Shown piece by piece: positions 10,351 through 21,934 of a stretch of 64,000 bases of DNA (position 1 is the first letter of the stretch; each line of letters opens with the position of its first letter). The notes beneath the pieces were generated by a model. It saw only the letters and a program-made list of their open reading frames with translations, did no database searches and had not been told where the DNA came from. The position numbers and the translations under genes are program-made. The stretch is from a virus: positions 69,875 to 133,874 of IMG/VR virus record IMGVR_UViG_3300033571_019687; one strand, given 5' to 3'.

Positions 10351-12789
10351 ATGAAAATAATTAAACGTAACAGTAAAACAGTAAACTTTGACCCATCTAA
10401 AATTGATAAGAGGATTAGGGCTGCTGCCAAAGGATTAAATGTAGATACGGCATCATTGTTTGTCAAAGTTATCACATCATTACCAACAGATGATTTGTCA
10501 GTATCTACAAGTCAAATAGATGGTGAATTGGCTAGAATAGCCAATTCAATGGTAACAACCCATCCAGATTATGCAAAGTTTGCTGCGAGTATAGCATTAA
10601 CTTCTTTATATAAAGACACTAATCCGAGTTTTTATGATTTAACAGTATCTTTAGATGGTAAAAATATTCTACACCCTGAATATATCAATAAAGTTAAATC
10701 TATCGGTAAAGAGATTGATAATATCATTGATTTAACCAAAGATGAGTTGTATGATTATTTTGCAGTAGAATCGCTTAAACAAGTGTATTTGCTTAAAGAC
10801 AATACTGGTAAACTAATAGAAAGACCACAATACATGTATTTAAGAGTGGCTACATGGCTTGCAGATACTTTAGATGAAATTAAGATTTTGTATAATTATT
10901 TGTCAAATCAACAAATATCAGCAGCAACACCTATTATGATTAACTCAGGTAAATTTTACCCTCAGTTAATTTCATGTACCTTAATTGAGAATAAAGAGGA
11001 CTCAAGACGTGGTATTATTGAAACTATGGGTGATATTTGTGATTATTCTAGTAATGCTGCTGGTATTGGTTTGTGTGTTTCAAATGTTAGATCAGCTAAA
11101 ACTAAAATTAAATCAAGTGGTGGTAATGCTGGTGGTCTATTAAAATACATTAAGATGGTTAATGAAAATCTAAGGTTCTTTAATCAACAAGGTAGAAGAC
11201 CGGGCGCTGCTGCAATTTATGTTGAGCCTTGGCATAAAGATATTTTTGACATTATCCATATTAGAAGTCAGACCGGTAAAGATGAACTTAGAGCGAGAGA
11301 TACATTTTTGGCATTGTGGTGTCCATCTAGGTTCTTTGAGGCTGTTGAAAATGATGCAGATTGGTATTTAATGTGTCCTAAAGATATTGAAGACGCTGGT
11401 TTACCTGCTTTACATAAAATTTACGGTGATGAGTTTAACCGTGTTTATGATAAAGCCATTGAATTAGGGTTAGGTGAAAAAATTAAAGCACAAGATTTAT
11501 GGAAAGAGATTTATAAAGCGCATACTGAAACTGGTGTGCCTTATATCTTATCAAAAGATAATGCTAACTATAAGTCTAATCAATCTAATATTGGTCCACT
11601 TATAATGTCAAACTTGTGTGCTGAAATTTTTGAGGTTGCAACACCAGATGAAACTGCTCAATGTACATTATCTTCTATGGTTCTTAAAAACTTTGTTAAA
11701 AAAGATAATAATAAGGTTTATTTTGACTTTGAGGAAATGAGAAATGCTGTTAAAACAACAGTAAAAATGCTTAATCGTGCTATTGATATTAATGACTATT
11801 CTACTGAAAAAGGTAGAATTGGCGGTCTTAATCAAAGAGCATTAGCTATTGGTGTACAAGGATTAGCAGACGTATTCTTTATGTTTGATTATGTTTTTGA
11901 TTCACCGGAAGCAAGGGAGCTAAATAAAGAGATTTTTGAGAATATTTATTTTGCCGCAATTCAAGGTTCTAATGAATTAGTGATTAATGGTCAATATGAA
12001 CCATATAAATATTTTAAAGGTTCTCCTATGTCAGAGGGTAAATTCCAATTTGATTTGTGGGGTTATGATCATTCTAACTTGAAATTAGGTAAAGATAAAT
12101 GGGACGAGCTTAAATCAAGCGTTATTAAACATGGTATATGTAATAGTTTGTTTACTGCTGTAATGCCAGTTGCATCATCTGCTAAAATTACTGGTTCTAA
12201 TGAAATGGTTGAACCACAGTTTAGTAATGTATATAATAGAAAAGTTATTGGTGGTGAATTTACAATTGTATCTAAATATGTCATTGATGATTTATCAGCA
12301 TTAGGTATTTGGAATCAACATGTTAAAGATACTCTTATTATCAATAAGGGTGATATTTCTAAATTACCTTATGAGCAATATCTTGATTTGAGTAATCAAT
12401 TTATTGTGGATAAAGTTAATCATTTGATTGATAAGTATAGAACTATTTGGAACATTAAACAAAAATCGCTTATTGAGATGGCTGCTGATAGAGGACCATT
12501 TGTAGACCAATCACAGTCAATGAATATCTATATGGCTAATAATACTATTTCAAAAATGACAAGTGCGTTATTATTAGGACATAAGTTAGGACTTAAAACA
12601 TTGTGTTACTACTATAAAACACAAGCTGTTGATAGTACTCCAACATATTTGGCAGTTAAATTATCAGATATGGGAGATAAACCTAAATTTGTTAAAGAGG
12701 TAGTAGATGAAAGACATGAATTTAGTGAAAGTTTATTACCACCTAAACCTGAAAATAGTTATTTTGAATGTGAAGGATGTTCAGCGTAA
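10351..12789 (+). CDS. nrdA: Ribonucleotide reductase class Ia alpha subunit with ATP cone
   Basis: ATP cone KRN...FD..KI, ATP..MN.G, SNLCAEI, MPVASS, GLKTLCYY, C-terminal CEGCSA. No intein-sized insert. Confidence 0.96.
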   Translation: MKIIKRNSKTVNFDPSKIDKRIRAAAKGLNVDTASLFVKVITSLPTDDLSVSTSQIDGELARIANSMVTTHPDYAKFAASIALTSLYKDTNPSFYDLTVSLDGKNILHPEYINKVKSIGKEIDNIIDLTKDELYDYFAVESLKQVYLLKDNTGKLIERPQYMYLRVATWLADTLDEIKILYNYLSNQQISAATPIMINSGKFYPQLISCTLIENKEDSRRGIIETMGDICDYSSNAAGIGLCVSNVRSAKTKIKSSGGNAGGLLKYIKMVNENLRFFNQQGRRPGAAAIYVEPWHKDIFDIIHIRSQTGKDELRARDTFLALWCPSRFFEAVENDADWYLMCPKDIEDAGLPALHKIYGDEFNRVYDKAIELGLGEKIKAQDLWKEIYKAHTETGVPYILSKDNANYKSNQSNIGPLIMSNLCAEIFEVATPDETAQCTLSSMVLKNFVKKDNNKVYFDFEEMRNAVKTTVKMLNRAIDINDYSTEKGRIGGLNQRALAIGVQGLADVFFMFDYVFDSPEARELNKEIFENIYFAAIQGSNELVINGQYEPYKYFKGSPMSEGKFQFDLWGYDHSNLKLGKDKWDELKSSVIKHGICNSLFTAVMPVASSAKITGSNEMVEPQFSNVYNRKVIGGEFTIVSKYVIDDLSALGIWNQHVKDTLIINKGDISKLPYEQYLDLSNQFIVDKVNHLIDKYRTIWNIKQKSLIEMAADRGPFVDQSQSMNIYMANNTISKMTSALLLGHKLGLKTLCYYYKTQAVDSTPTYLAVKLSDMGDKPKFVKEVVDERHEFSESLLPPKPENSYFECEGCSA

Positions 12790-12790
12790 A

Positions 12791-12820
12791 AAAGGGCCCC
12801 AATTGGGGCCTTTCTTTTTT
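12791..12820 (+). terminator. Intrinsic terminator after nrdA
   Basis: GGCCCC-AATT-GGGGCC hairpin followed by a T-run. Confidence 0.8.
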
Positions 12821-12845
12821 GTTCTATTTAATATAAATTGGTATT

Positions 12846-13229
12846 ATGAGTGTTAGAAAAACTACATACGGCATATCATTCCCATTTGAGGATTCACAAA
12901 ATGGTGATTATTTCAAATTGACAACCTCTCCGATTGAGGAAACTAAAACCATGCTTATACATTATTTTATGACAGATAAAGGATCAAGATATATGTATCC
13001 AGAATTTGGTACTAGGCTTAAATATCTATTATTTGATCAAAATGATGAGATTATGAGACAGGAGGTCACTCAAGAAATATATGATGTTGAAAATTATATC
13101 CCTAATGTTAAAATTAAAGGGGTTAATTATGAAAAGGATGAAAATAGAAGTACATTAATAGTATCAATAAATTATCTATTCACAGATAATACATTTGAAT
13201 ATAACGACAATATAACAATAGAACTATAA
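12846..13229 (+). CDS. gp25-like baseplate wedge protein
   Basis: T.KGSRYMYPEFGT.L..LLF is the gp25/GPW motif. Confidence 0.85.
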   Translation: MSVRKTTYGISFPFEDSQNGDYFKLTTSPIEETKTMLIHYFMTDKGSRYMYPEFGTRLKYLLFDQNDEIMRQEVTQEIYDVENYIPNVKIKGVNYEKDENRSTLIVSINYLFTDNTFEYNDNITIEL

Positions 13230-13230
13230 A

Positions 13231-15054
13231 ATGGCAAGAACATTATCTTATGCTGTTAGGGATTTTAAATCACTTAAAGAAGAACAGTATAATTACATAA
13301 AAAATTATTACCCAGATCTAATCAATAATTTCAATGATGGATCAATAATGTCAGTATTAGCTGATTTAAATGCTGGTATTGCTGATACTTTAAATCATGG
13401 TATTGATAGATCCGTTAATGAGGTATTTTTATATACTGCTCAAAAAAGGGAATCATTGTATAGATTAGCTGAAACTTATGGGTTAAGCTTACCAAATAAA
13501 TCAGCAAGCATTGCTATATGTCAGTTTACAGTTCAAGTACCAGCATTTGGTGACGATGCTGACCCTTCGTATATGCCAATACTTAAAGCAGGTACTCAAG
13601 TATTAGGTGGTAATAATAGTTACGAGTTATTATATGACGTGGATTTTTCCTCACCATTCAATATATCAGGTGTATTAGATAGAACAAAAACTCCTATTAC
13701 ATCAAATGGGATTATTGTGGCATATAGATTAACTAAAACGGGTATAGTAATAGCCGGTATTAGCAAAGTATTTACACAGGTTTTTGGTAATGCAGATGTT
13801 AAACCGTTTTATTCTCTTATTTTACCAGATGATAACGTATTATCTGTACAAAGCGTAATAATGAAGCCCGGCACAAACTTATCATCTCAACCATCTATTA
13901 ATGATTTTTCAAATGAGAATTATTTGTGGTATGAAGTTGATGCCTTAGCACAAAAAAGTGTTTTTGTTAGAGATAGAAGTAAAGCCGTTGACAGTAATGG
14001 TATTCCAGCAGGTAAGTGGTTAGAGACAACTAAACGTTATATCAAAAAATATTTACCAAATAATCAATGTAAAATAACATTTGGTAATCAAACAAATTCA
14101 GGATTTGATATTCTTGACGATTTTGTTGATGGTGGAACATTTGATTTACAGTCGTTATTGAATAATAGTAGTTTAGGTGAAGCACCATTTAAAAATCACA
14201 CAATGTACATTAGGTATAGAATAGGCGGTGGTAGTAATAGTAATGTAGGTGTTAATGTTATTAATTCATTTGGTACAAAATATATTGAAATAAATGGTAG
14301 TGATGTTAGAACAAACGCCGTTGTTGAAGGTTCTTTAAGTGTTACAAACGTAACTCCAGCAGTTGGTGGGGGTGAAGAGTTAGATATTGAAGAATTAAGA
14401 AATATGATTGCATATAACTTTGCATCTCAAAAAAGAGCAGTCACATTAAATGATTATAAAGCGTTATTGGTTTCATTACCAAAAGATTTTGGTGCCCCAG
14501 CTAAAGTAGGTGTAAGACAAGTAAACAATAAAATAGAAGTCAACTTACTATCTTATGATAATGAGGGCAAAATTTCCAATCAAGTAACATCTACTGTAAT
14601 GGAAAATGTGGGAGCATATTTATCAAATTATAGAATGTTAAATGATTACATACTTATTAAACCCGGACAAGTAATTGATTTAGGATTTGAAGTGAGTGTA
14701 TTGATTGATAATACAACTCAAATAGAAACTAGTAATAGAATAATTGATCTTATTAATAGTGAGTTTGAAAATTCAAAGATTGATACTGGTAGATCATATA
14801 ATCTTGGTAGATTAATTAGACTTATATCAAACATTGATACCGTACAAAACATTAACTTTATTAAAGTATATAATAAAGTCGGTGGTCAATATAGCAGCAA
14901 CACGATAAATCAACCTTTAAATAATACTACTACAAGGGAAGTAAATACTAGCAATAATATTTTAAAGTGTGAATCTAATCAAATTTTACAAATTAGATAT
15001 CCACAAAGAGATATTATTGTTAGAACAACTACTCTTAGTAATAACTTAATCTAA
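13231..15054 (+). CDS. gp6-like baseplate wedge protein (baseplate J family)
   Basis: RDF..LK, YRIGGG..SNV, GG.E..IEELR, RAVT..DY motifs. Confidence 0.85.
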   Translation: MARTLSYAVRDFKSLKEEQYNYIKNYYPDLINNFNDGSIMSVLADLNAGIADTLNHGIDRSVNEVFLYTAQKRESLYRLAETYGLSLPNKSASIAICQFTVQVPAFGDDADPSYMPILKAGTQVLGGNNSYELLYDVDFSSPFNISGVLDRTKTPITSNGIIVAYRLTKTGIVIAGISKVFTQVFGNADVKPFYSLILPDDNVLSVQSVIMKPGTNLSSQPSINDFSNENYLWYEVDALAQKSVFVRDRSKAVDSNGIPAGKWLETTKRYIKKYLPNNQCKITFGNQTNSGFDILDDFVDGGTFDLQSLLNNSSLGEAPFKNHTMYIRYRIGGGSNSNVGVNVINSFGTKYIEINGSDVRTNAVVEGSLSVTNVTPAVGGGEELDIEELRNMIAYNFASQKRAVTLNDYKALLVSLPKDFGAPAKVGVRQVNNKIEVNLLSYDNEGKISNQVTSTVMENVGAYLSNYRMLNDYILIKPGQVIDLGFEVSVLIDNTTQIETSNRIIDLINSEFENSKIDTGRSYNLGRLIRLISNIDTVQNINFIKVYNKVGGQYSSNTINQPLNNTTTREVNTSNNILKCESNQILQIRYPQRDIIVRTTTLSNNLI

Positions 15055-15055
15055 T

Positions 15056-17254
15056 ATGGACATAGAAAATATCGTATTAAAGGTAGATGATTTAAATACC
15101 GATAATGTCATTAGTTTAAATTTAGAACAAGACTTTGATGAACTCAAAGTCTTATCTTTAGCTGTTTCATCTGATGATGTCTATAATCGAGTATCCTCTA
15201 ATGAAGGTGTAATTGCCGGTAGTATAAAACTAAAAAATGGTGTTGGTGTGCAAAATGCAAAAGTCAGTGTTTTCATACCTATAACAACTGATGATTTGTT
15301 AAGGAACGATATTATCAAATATTACCCCTTTACAAGCCCTACAGATGCTTTCCCTAATGGTTTGAGACATAATCTACTACCAAGGGTTAGGAACGCTAAA
15401 AACGCATCACATAGAGCCGTAGGAAGCTTTCCTGATGTGAATGATTTTGTTAATTATCCTATATTGGAGGAAGTATATAACAAGTATTATAAATTCACTG
15501 CAACGACAAACGAAAATGGTGATTATATGATATTTGGCGTACCGGTTGGCCCACATCAAGTTAGAATGGATTTTGATTTGTTTGATACAAATAGTTTCAA
15601 TATTAATGCAAGTGATTTAGCTAATCAGTTATCTGGTGGTGAGACAATAAATTCAATAAAGTCTTTCATATCTGCAAATATATCTGGTTCAACATTAGAT
15701 GATGTATCAAATATACCGGGATTCATTTATACCGGAAATGGTGATTATGAGGTAGAAGTCAATGTTGATATTGATAAGATGCCAAATATATTTACAGAGG
15801 TTAAACAATTAAATGTCTTACCTTTTTGGGGTGATAATAATAACGTAGGTATTACTGAATGTAATTTTACTATTGATTATACTTTTATTCCAACTGCAAC
15901 ATTTTTCGGTTTTATAGGATCATCCCCTGAATACATAGGTTACAATTTTGATGGTTCATATTTTACCATTAATAACGACTCAGGATTGGACGAAAATTCT
16001 GTTATAGAAGCAAATAGTGTTTATGGTGAAACTAAAGATGGTAGAATAGCCGGTGGGTTTTATCCTGTTCAGGAATTAGAAGTGGTGATTTATAAAATGG
16101 ATGATACTAATACTGTTGGTACAAGAAAAAGAATTGGTACATATAGATTTCCAAAATCTAGTGGAGTATTCAAGATTAATTTACCAATGTATAGTGATTA
16201 TTACATGACTAATGAATACGGTGATAAAATACCTACTGAAAATAAAACATTGGGTGTACCAACTAAAGGTTCATATTGTTTTGAGTTTTACGAGGCGGAT
16301 AAGATTAATTACGGTACCAGAAGACCTTGGGGAGGATTTAAACATCAAGTATTATCTGGTGTTAGAATACCTGCCAATAATGAAGGAGACCCTAATATAG
16401 GCGGTTGGTTAGGCACTTATTGGGGTAGTTTTGAATACGACATATTGAATAACAGACGTAAGTTTTATACAATAAAAACTTCATACAAATCACATGGTAA
16501 TACCATAAATCAGAATGGGTTAAATATCCCATATATACCAAAAATTGATACCAATAAATCTGAAAAAGTATTTTGGCAACATCCAGTAAGTAATATAACT
16601 GGAGATACGGAAGTAATTGGTTCATGTTTTTTACCTAGAATTTCTGTTAATACAGCTAGAGGTACTGTAGTTAGAAATGTATTGAGAAATTTTTCTATAA
16701 TTATTGATGATGTTGTTGATGTAAATAGGTTAAAAATTCCGGGGTTAATAGAAGAGATTGTTTATGGTATTGGTAGCGATATAGCAGGCGGATCAAGTAC
16801 AGTAGGTAAAAATATAGGCCCAGTATTTGAAGAATTATTTAATAGCAACGATTTTACTTCTAATAATCTTGATATATATGGCCAATTAGATACTGTTAAT
16901 TTTGGCGATAATTCAGGTAGTGTTGTTTATAGGGGTACACCATATTCAAGAGATTTGGCTAAAAGTAAAAATAGTGAGGCTAATTCTTTTAATGTACACC
17001 CACCGTATAACAAAGCACTTAATGATACTGTAACAGTTGGATTATTTGTTAATTGTTGTGACTTTAGAAATTATAAAACTGCATTAGAAATAGAAATTGT
17101 GGATATTACAAATGATTTACCTGATCTAATTGCAAATACTGTCTATTCATCTTATGGTAAACAAAATAATATGTATAATGGCAAATACTATTATTTTGGT
17201 ATGTGGGATGGGGCAAATTCACTAATAGACATAGAAAACATCTACTTTAAATAA
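15056..17254 (+). CDS. Baseplate/tail structural protein with a carboxypeptidase-regulatory-like beta domain
   Basis: G.I....GVGVQNAKVSVF ... TTNENGDYMIFGVPVG; position in the baseplate operon. Confidence 0.55.
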   Translation: MDIENIVLKVDDLNTDNVISLNLEQDFDELKVLSLAVSSDDVYNRVSSNEGVIAGSIKLKNGVGVQNAKVSVFIPITTDDLLRNDIIKYYPFTSPTDAFPNGLRHNLLPRVRNAKNASHRAVGSFPDVNDFVNYPILEEVYNKYYKFTATTNENGDYMIFGVPVGPHQVRMDFDLFDTNSFNINASDLANQLSGGETINSIKSFISANISGSTLDDVSNIPGFIYTGNGDYEVEVNVDIDKMPNIFTEVKQLNVLPFWGDNNNVGITECNFTIDYTFIPTATFFGFIGSSPEYIGYNFDGSYFTINNDSGLDENSVIEANSVYGETKDGRIAGGFYPVQELEVVIYKMDDTNTVGTRKRIGTYRFPKSSGVFKINLPMYSDYYMTNEYGDKIPTENKTLGVPTKGSYCFEFYEADKINYGTRRPWGGFKHQVLSGVRIPANNEGDPNIGGWLGTYWGSFEYDILNNRRKFYTIKTSYKSHGNTINQNGLNIPYIPKIDTNKSEKVFWQHPVSNITGDTEVIGSCFLPRISVNTARGTVVRNVLRNFSIIIDDVVDVNRLKIPGLIEEIVYGIGSDIAGGSSTVGKNIGPVFEELFNSNDFTSNNLDIYGQLDTVNFGDNSGSVVYRGTPYSRDLAKSKNSEANSFNVHPPYNKALNDTVTVGLFVNCCDFRNYKTALEIEIVDITNDLPDLIANTVYSSYGKQNNMYNGKYYYFGMWDGANSLIDIENIYFK

Positions 17255-18753
17255 TGAAAGAGAGATTAGATAAAACAATAGGTATTAAAAGTGATATATC
17301 TCTACCATTAACTGTTGAATCAGCAGAAAAACGAATGGTAGATGATAAATACTATTATACCATATCTGGTATTCAACAATATCAGTTAGAAAAAAATACC
17401 ACTAATAATCTTAGATTATATGGTAAAGTTGATCCTATAATTAATACAAACCCCGTTATTTTACTTAATAATAACATATATTCATCTATCAATATTGATA
17501 AAACCAAATTGTCTTTTAATAAAGATAATTGGTCAATTGTTGTATTGGTTGAAACAGGTGAAGAACTTTATGTAAAAACAGCGAATAATGAATTTGATTT
17601 AAGAAAGGGTATTCCAGCAAAGATTGCGTATGAGTTAAATATAGATACACCTAATAGGTTATGTTTTAAACCCTTATTTGAATGTGATGTTGAATTTGGC
17701 GATACGCTTTATGTGACAAATGCAACAAATAGCGAAATATCATCTGGATTATATGTGGTTGATGAATATACAAATGGTATTGTGTATTTAAGAGATACAA
17801 GGCCTGCTATACAAAGCGTAACAGGTTATACGGTTACAGATACATTGATAGGTAATGTAGGTTTTAAGAATAGTGAATTATCTGCATTATATGAAGATAG
17901 ACCAAATGTTATTAAACTACTTAAACCAGATCTAAATTTCAGAAAAGTTAAAAATGGTGAGTTAATACAGTATTATTTTAAACAATTAGAAGTCATAGAT
18001 ATAATACCTGATTATGATATATGTTCATTTAGTAAAAATTGTTTCAATTCAGAAATTTATAATTTTGTAAATGATATAGATACTAATATTGAGAACTTAT
18101 TGAATCATAAAGGTTATCCGATAACAAATATTGTTATTGGTATTATGTATAATGGCGGCATAAAATCTAATTTAAGTGAGTTTATTGAAAGTACTAGTAG
18201 TGATTATATAGAAAATACTAATGGTGTATATATAGGTCAGAAATACATACATTCAATATGTTCTTGGTCTGTATTAGAACAAGTTGAAACTGAACTTACC
18301 ACTTTAAAACACTGTTTTATGTTGGGTGATGTATTATATCATTATAACCCATTTTACATAAAACAACTTAGATTATTGGGTGAATTGCAGACCACTAGTA
18401 ATCAGGAACTAACACCATATTATGCAACATTACTTAATGATGGTAGATATATATGGAGAGATGTTAAAGATTATGCTTATGTTGATCCATTAACGGCAGC
18501 AAACGTAGATTATCCATTCATTAACAACGCTTTATATGTTTACAATGATATAAGGTTTATCGTTAATGTAGAAAAGAGATATACTAAACTAAATACTAAT
18601 GATGATAATGATTTAGTTAATATTAGAAATGTGCCTACAAGAATTAATCAATCATATATATTTAATTTTAGAGATTATATAAATGGTCTATTTGATAATA
18701 CAGGACTGTTTACTGATGATAACTTTAGTGAATACAAGCGAGTAAAATGTTAA
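17254..18753 (+). CDS. Putative baseplate/tail structural protein
   Basis: Overlapping start/stop within the structural operon. Confidence 0.5.
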   Translation: MKERLDKTIGIKSDISLPLTVESAEKRMVDDKYYYTISGIQQYQLEKNTTNNLRLYGKVDPIINTNPVILLNNNIYSSINIDKTKLSFNKDNWSIVVLVETGEELYVKTANNEFDLRKGIPAKIAYELNIDTPNRLCFKPLFECDVEFGDTLYVTNATNSEISSGLYVVDEYTNGIVYLRDTRPAIQSVTGYTVTDTLIGNVGFKNSELSALYEDRPNVIKLLKPDLNFRKVKNGELIQYYFKQLEVIDIIPDYDICSFSKNCFNSEIYNFVNDIDTNIENLLNHKGYPITNIVIGIMYNGGIKSNLSEFIESTSSDYIENTNGVYIGQKYIHSICSWSVLEQVETELTTLKHCFMLGDVLYHYNPFYIKQLRLLGELQTTSNQELTPYYATLLNDGRYIWRDVKDYAYVDPLTAANVDYPFINNALYVYNDIRFIVNVEKRYTKLNTNDDNDLVNIRNVPTRINQSYIFNFRDYINGLFDNTGLFTDDNFSEYKRVKC

Positions 18754-21293
18754 AGATAGACAAAGATATTAATTTAGTAATAGATGTCAGCTCTGATATT
18801 GGTAAATCTAATCAGAGTGAAAATAACACTGATTTTTTAAATCAAAATGTAGGATTTTCGGTTAATCCGATTACTGATAATGAGTTGTATGAATTTAAAA
18901 ATAGATTCACTAATATAAGTTATTGTCTATTTTTTTTCAATACATTTAATCCGCTTATATCTGGTGACACATTAGATAGGTTTATTGATAGTAATTATAT
19001 AATACTTAAAAGTGATATTAATAATTTAGCTTTAACTATACAAAGACAGTCATTAATAACAGATTATCAATATTATGCTATACCAAGACCTTACAATACT
19101 AATTTATTGCCTAGTGAAGTACTTATTAATAGTGGTTTAATCTCGCAAAGTTTTGTTACTGATATATCACTACCTAGACCAACATTTACCGATTTACCTA
19201 TATATTACTCATCGTTTGCAATACCTTTTAAATCTAAACAAACAACGTGGGTTAATAATTACAATGATAAGCCTTATTTGTATGCAAGTGGATTAATTAT
19301 TGAATACTTTGATAGTAATGATCCTATAAGACAGAAGTTAATAATGACCACTAAGGTACCTGTTAGTGAGAGATATTGTGATACAGAAGTATTAAGTGAG
19401 AGTAAAACATTAAGACCTTTATTCAATTTAGATAAAACTAAAGAAGGTTATTCTATATCATTTACTAAATTTGGTTTTGATGAGTTGTATGCTAAGTATT
19501 ATTTTTATGATGCCGCAAATAATAGACGTATCCCAATGATACCAGCAAGCGTTAGTACAAATAATAGAAGATGGGTGATTTCAAATGATGAATTTAATGT
19601 TAAATATGAGTATTCTAAAATCGTTTTGAATAAATCCTTATTACAATACGATACGTTATTATTTGATGGAAATGATTATACAATAGAAACACCAGATATT
19701 GATTTATTTGAACTAGTGATTGATACATATTGGTCAGATAAAAAAGTTCCCATATTTAGACCAACCCAACCAGTACCAGTATCATATTTTGGTACAATGG
19801 TTAAAAATAATAGTATAAACAAAGACATTAGTATCAATAATACACTATTTGAAGATGGTTTATTAGATACAATGTTTAGAAATAATATATATGAAAATGC
19901 TAATGTAGTTAATACTGTATTTAAGATATTAATATATTCATTATTTACCAACAATGAGTTAAAATATTTTTTCGGATCAGACTTTAAGTTTAATAGATAT
20001 GATTTAATCAATGATAGAGGGAATTTATCTATTGAGAGTAACTTAGGTAAAATAAGAATACAAAACCAGTCAAATAAACAATTTAAACTTAAAGATTTGT
20101 ATTTTGATACTATAAACTTAACTGGTAATACTTTAAATAATCAATCTTTTGTTACTGTTGAAAAAACTAGATTAGATCAATTTAATAGATATGCTTCAAT
20201 TAAACTAGCGTATGGGGACGAAACTTCAAGATTACCAGACTACCCAGAAGATAATATCTATATCAAGTTTGTAGATTTAATAAATGATAATGGTTTCATG
20301 AATGTTGTGTTAGGTACACATACAAATCCAACTTATGTTGCAATGCGTAAAGCCGATATTGATGATTTTTTTTATGATGTAAGTCATCAATATGGAGAAT
20401 TAGAAATACCTACCGATTTAAGATTTATTTCTAGCGGTAATACTTTTGCATCTAATACCGGATTTAATTTTACAAATACAGGGACAATGGTTTCAAGCGG
20501 ATTTTATATAAAGCCTGCTAAAGAATGGTCTGATGCTGATAAAGAATTGGTATATAAAAGAGAGGTCGAATCTAAATTTGAGACTCTTAATCAATACACT
20601 GATTATCTTTTAAACTCTACTGCAATAAAGTATGTTATTTTAAGTAGAAATTCTAGTACTATAGGTAGAATAGAACTTACTCAAAATACTACACCAAAAG
20701 GTCAGAGTGTTGCCACTAATACCGGTATTAGATTAACTGTAAATGGTATAACATATCAAAATACTCCTTATACTTTTAGATTTAATAAATACCCAAATGT
20801 TAATTTTATCCAGAATAGGAAATTTTGGCTTAAAAATTTGAATGAGTATAAACAATTATATGATCAGTATATAGCAAGTCTAGCAAATATAGATCCAACT
20901 AACGGGCAGTTAACAGGTGTTAATACACAAAGTATAAATATAATAAAAAATGCTATATTAACATTAAAACCTATTAGCGAAATAAAAACTGATTATATTA
21001 ACTTAATGAGATATTACCATAGGCTAGTTCCAAATAGAGACCAATCAAGTTTATTTGATAATGATTTCTCGGTCGTTGTTAATATGGTTACAAATCAAAC
21101 TAAATCTATTATTGAGCCAAGTGAAATTATAGATTTAGATGTAAAAACCTATTTTAATTACTTACTGTTTTCATATAATTTTGATATACCTTCTACATTA
21201 AGATGTAATATAGTATATAAGGCAATATTTGAGGATTTAAATGATTCTAGTATAACAGAACTAACTGATGCTATTAACTTTTCATTGATATGA
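18747..21293 (+). CDS. Putative baseplate/tail structural protein
   Basis: Operon context; N/T/S-rich. Confidence 0.5.
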   Translation: MLKIDKDINLVIDVSSDIGKSNQSENNTDFLNQNVGFSVNPITDNELYEFKNRFTNISYCLFFFNTFNPLISGDTLDRFIDSNYIILKSDINNLALTIQRQSLITDYQYYAIPRPYNTNLLPSEVLINSGLISQSFVTDISLPRPTFTDLPIYYSSFAIPFKSKQTTWVNNYNDKPYLYASGLIIEYFDSNDPIRQKLIMTTKVPVSERYCDTEVLSESKTLRPLFNLDKTKEGYSISFTKFGFDELYAKYYFYDAANNRRIPMIPASVSTNNRRWVISNDEFNVKYEYSKIVLNKSLLQYDTLLFDGNDYTIETPDIDLFELVIDTYWSDKKVPIFRPTQPVPVSYFGTMVKNNSINKDISINNTLFEDGLLDTMFRNNIYENANVVNTVFKILIYSLFTNNELKYFFGSDFKFNRYDLINDRGNLSIESNLGKIRIQNQSNKQFKLKDLYFDTINLTGNTLNNQSFVTVEKTRLDQFNRYASIKLAYGDETSRLPDYPEDNIYIKFVDLINDNGFMNVVLGTHTNPTYVAMRKADIDDFFYDVSHQYGELEIPTDLRFISSGNTFASNTGFNFTNTGTMVSSGFYIKPAKEWSDADKELVYKREVESKFETLNQYTDYLLNSTAIKYVILSRNSSTIGRIELTQNTTPKGQSVATNTGIRLTVNGITYQNTPYTFRFNKYPNVNFIQNRKFWLKNLNEYKQLYDQYIASLANIDPTNGQLTGVNTQSINIIKNAILTLKPISEIKTDYINLMRYYHRLVPNRDQSSLFDNDFSVVVNMVTNQTKSIIEPSEIIDLDVKTYFNYLLFSYNFDIPSTLRCNIVYKAIFEDLNDSSITELTDAINFSLI

Positions 21294-21934
21294 CATTAAA
21301 TATAGAACAAACACAAAATGATATCAACTATCTATTACAATTAGATCAAAATATATCAGCTAATGGGGTATATGTTGATACAGATGGGTATATTAATAGA
21401 GTTAATTTAGATAATACCATTATTAACCAGACAGTGTACTCAGATTTAACAGGATTAACAGTATTATTCTCTCAAGATATAAATTATATTACAGGTGTTA
21501 CTACTTCAAAACTCGGTGCTATTTTAACACAGGATGAGTTAAATGGTAATTTTAATAGGACTAATTTAGGTAAACCTATATTAATATCTGGTACCGATCT
21601 AGTTGCTATAATAGAAAATTATGATGTAACTAATGACAATTATTATTATAAGTATTATATTGGTGTTGGTACATCAAATCCTATATTATATGAAGAAATT
21701 AATGAACGTGTTATATATAAAGCTATACCTAATGATGATTATATTACTAAACCGGTTTATATGTTATATGACAGCATAGCAGAAGAACCAAAAATACAAA
21801 GTAGTGTATTTATAGATAGAGGTACAAATAGTGTATTTGAATCAATAAGTAAGTTAAATAAAACTAGGACGTTGCAGGAATTAAAAAAGACTGGTCTTGG
21901 GTTTTTTAAGATAAATAAAAACGGCATATTATGA
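21290..21934 (+). CDS. Putative baseplate structural protein
   Basis: Operon context; C-terminal VFIDRG...L..L...G.GFF segment. Confidence 0.45.
   Translation: MTLNIEQTQNDINYLLQLDQNISANGVYVDTDGYINRVNLDNTIINQTVYSDLTGLTVLFSQDINYITGVTTSKLGAILTQDELNGNFNRTNLGKPILISGTDLVAIIENYDVTNDNYYYKYYIGVGTSNPILYEEINERVIYKAIPNDDYITKPVYMLYDSIAEEPKIQSSVFIDRGTNSVFESISKLNKTRTLQELKKTGLGFFKINKNGIL

Noticed and set aside
9388-12789. Introns, inteins or homing endonucleases in nrdA/nrdB or the helicase
   Set aside because: Lengths and motif spacing are normal, with no LAGLIDADG/HNH or intein splice motifs seen.
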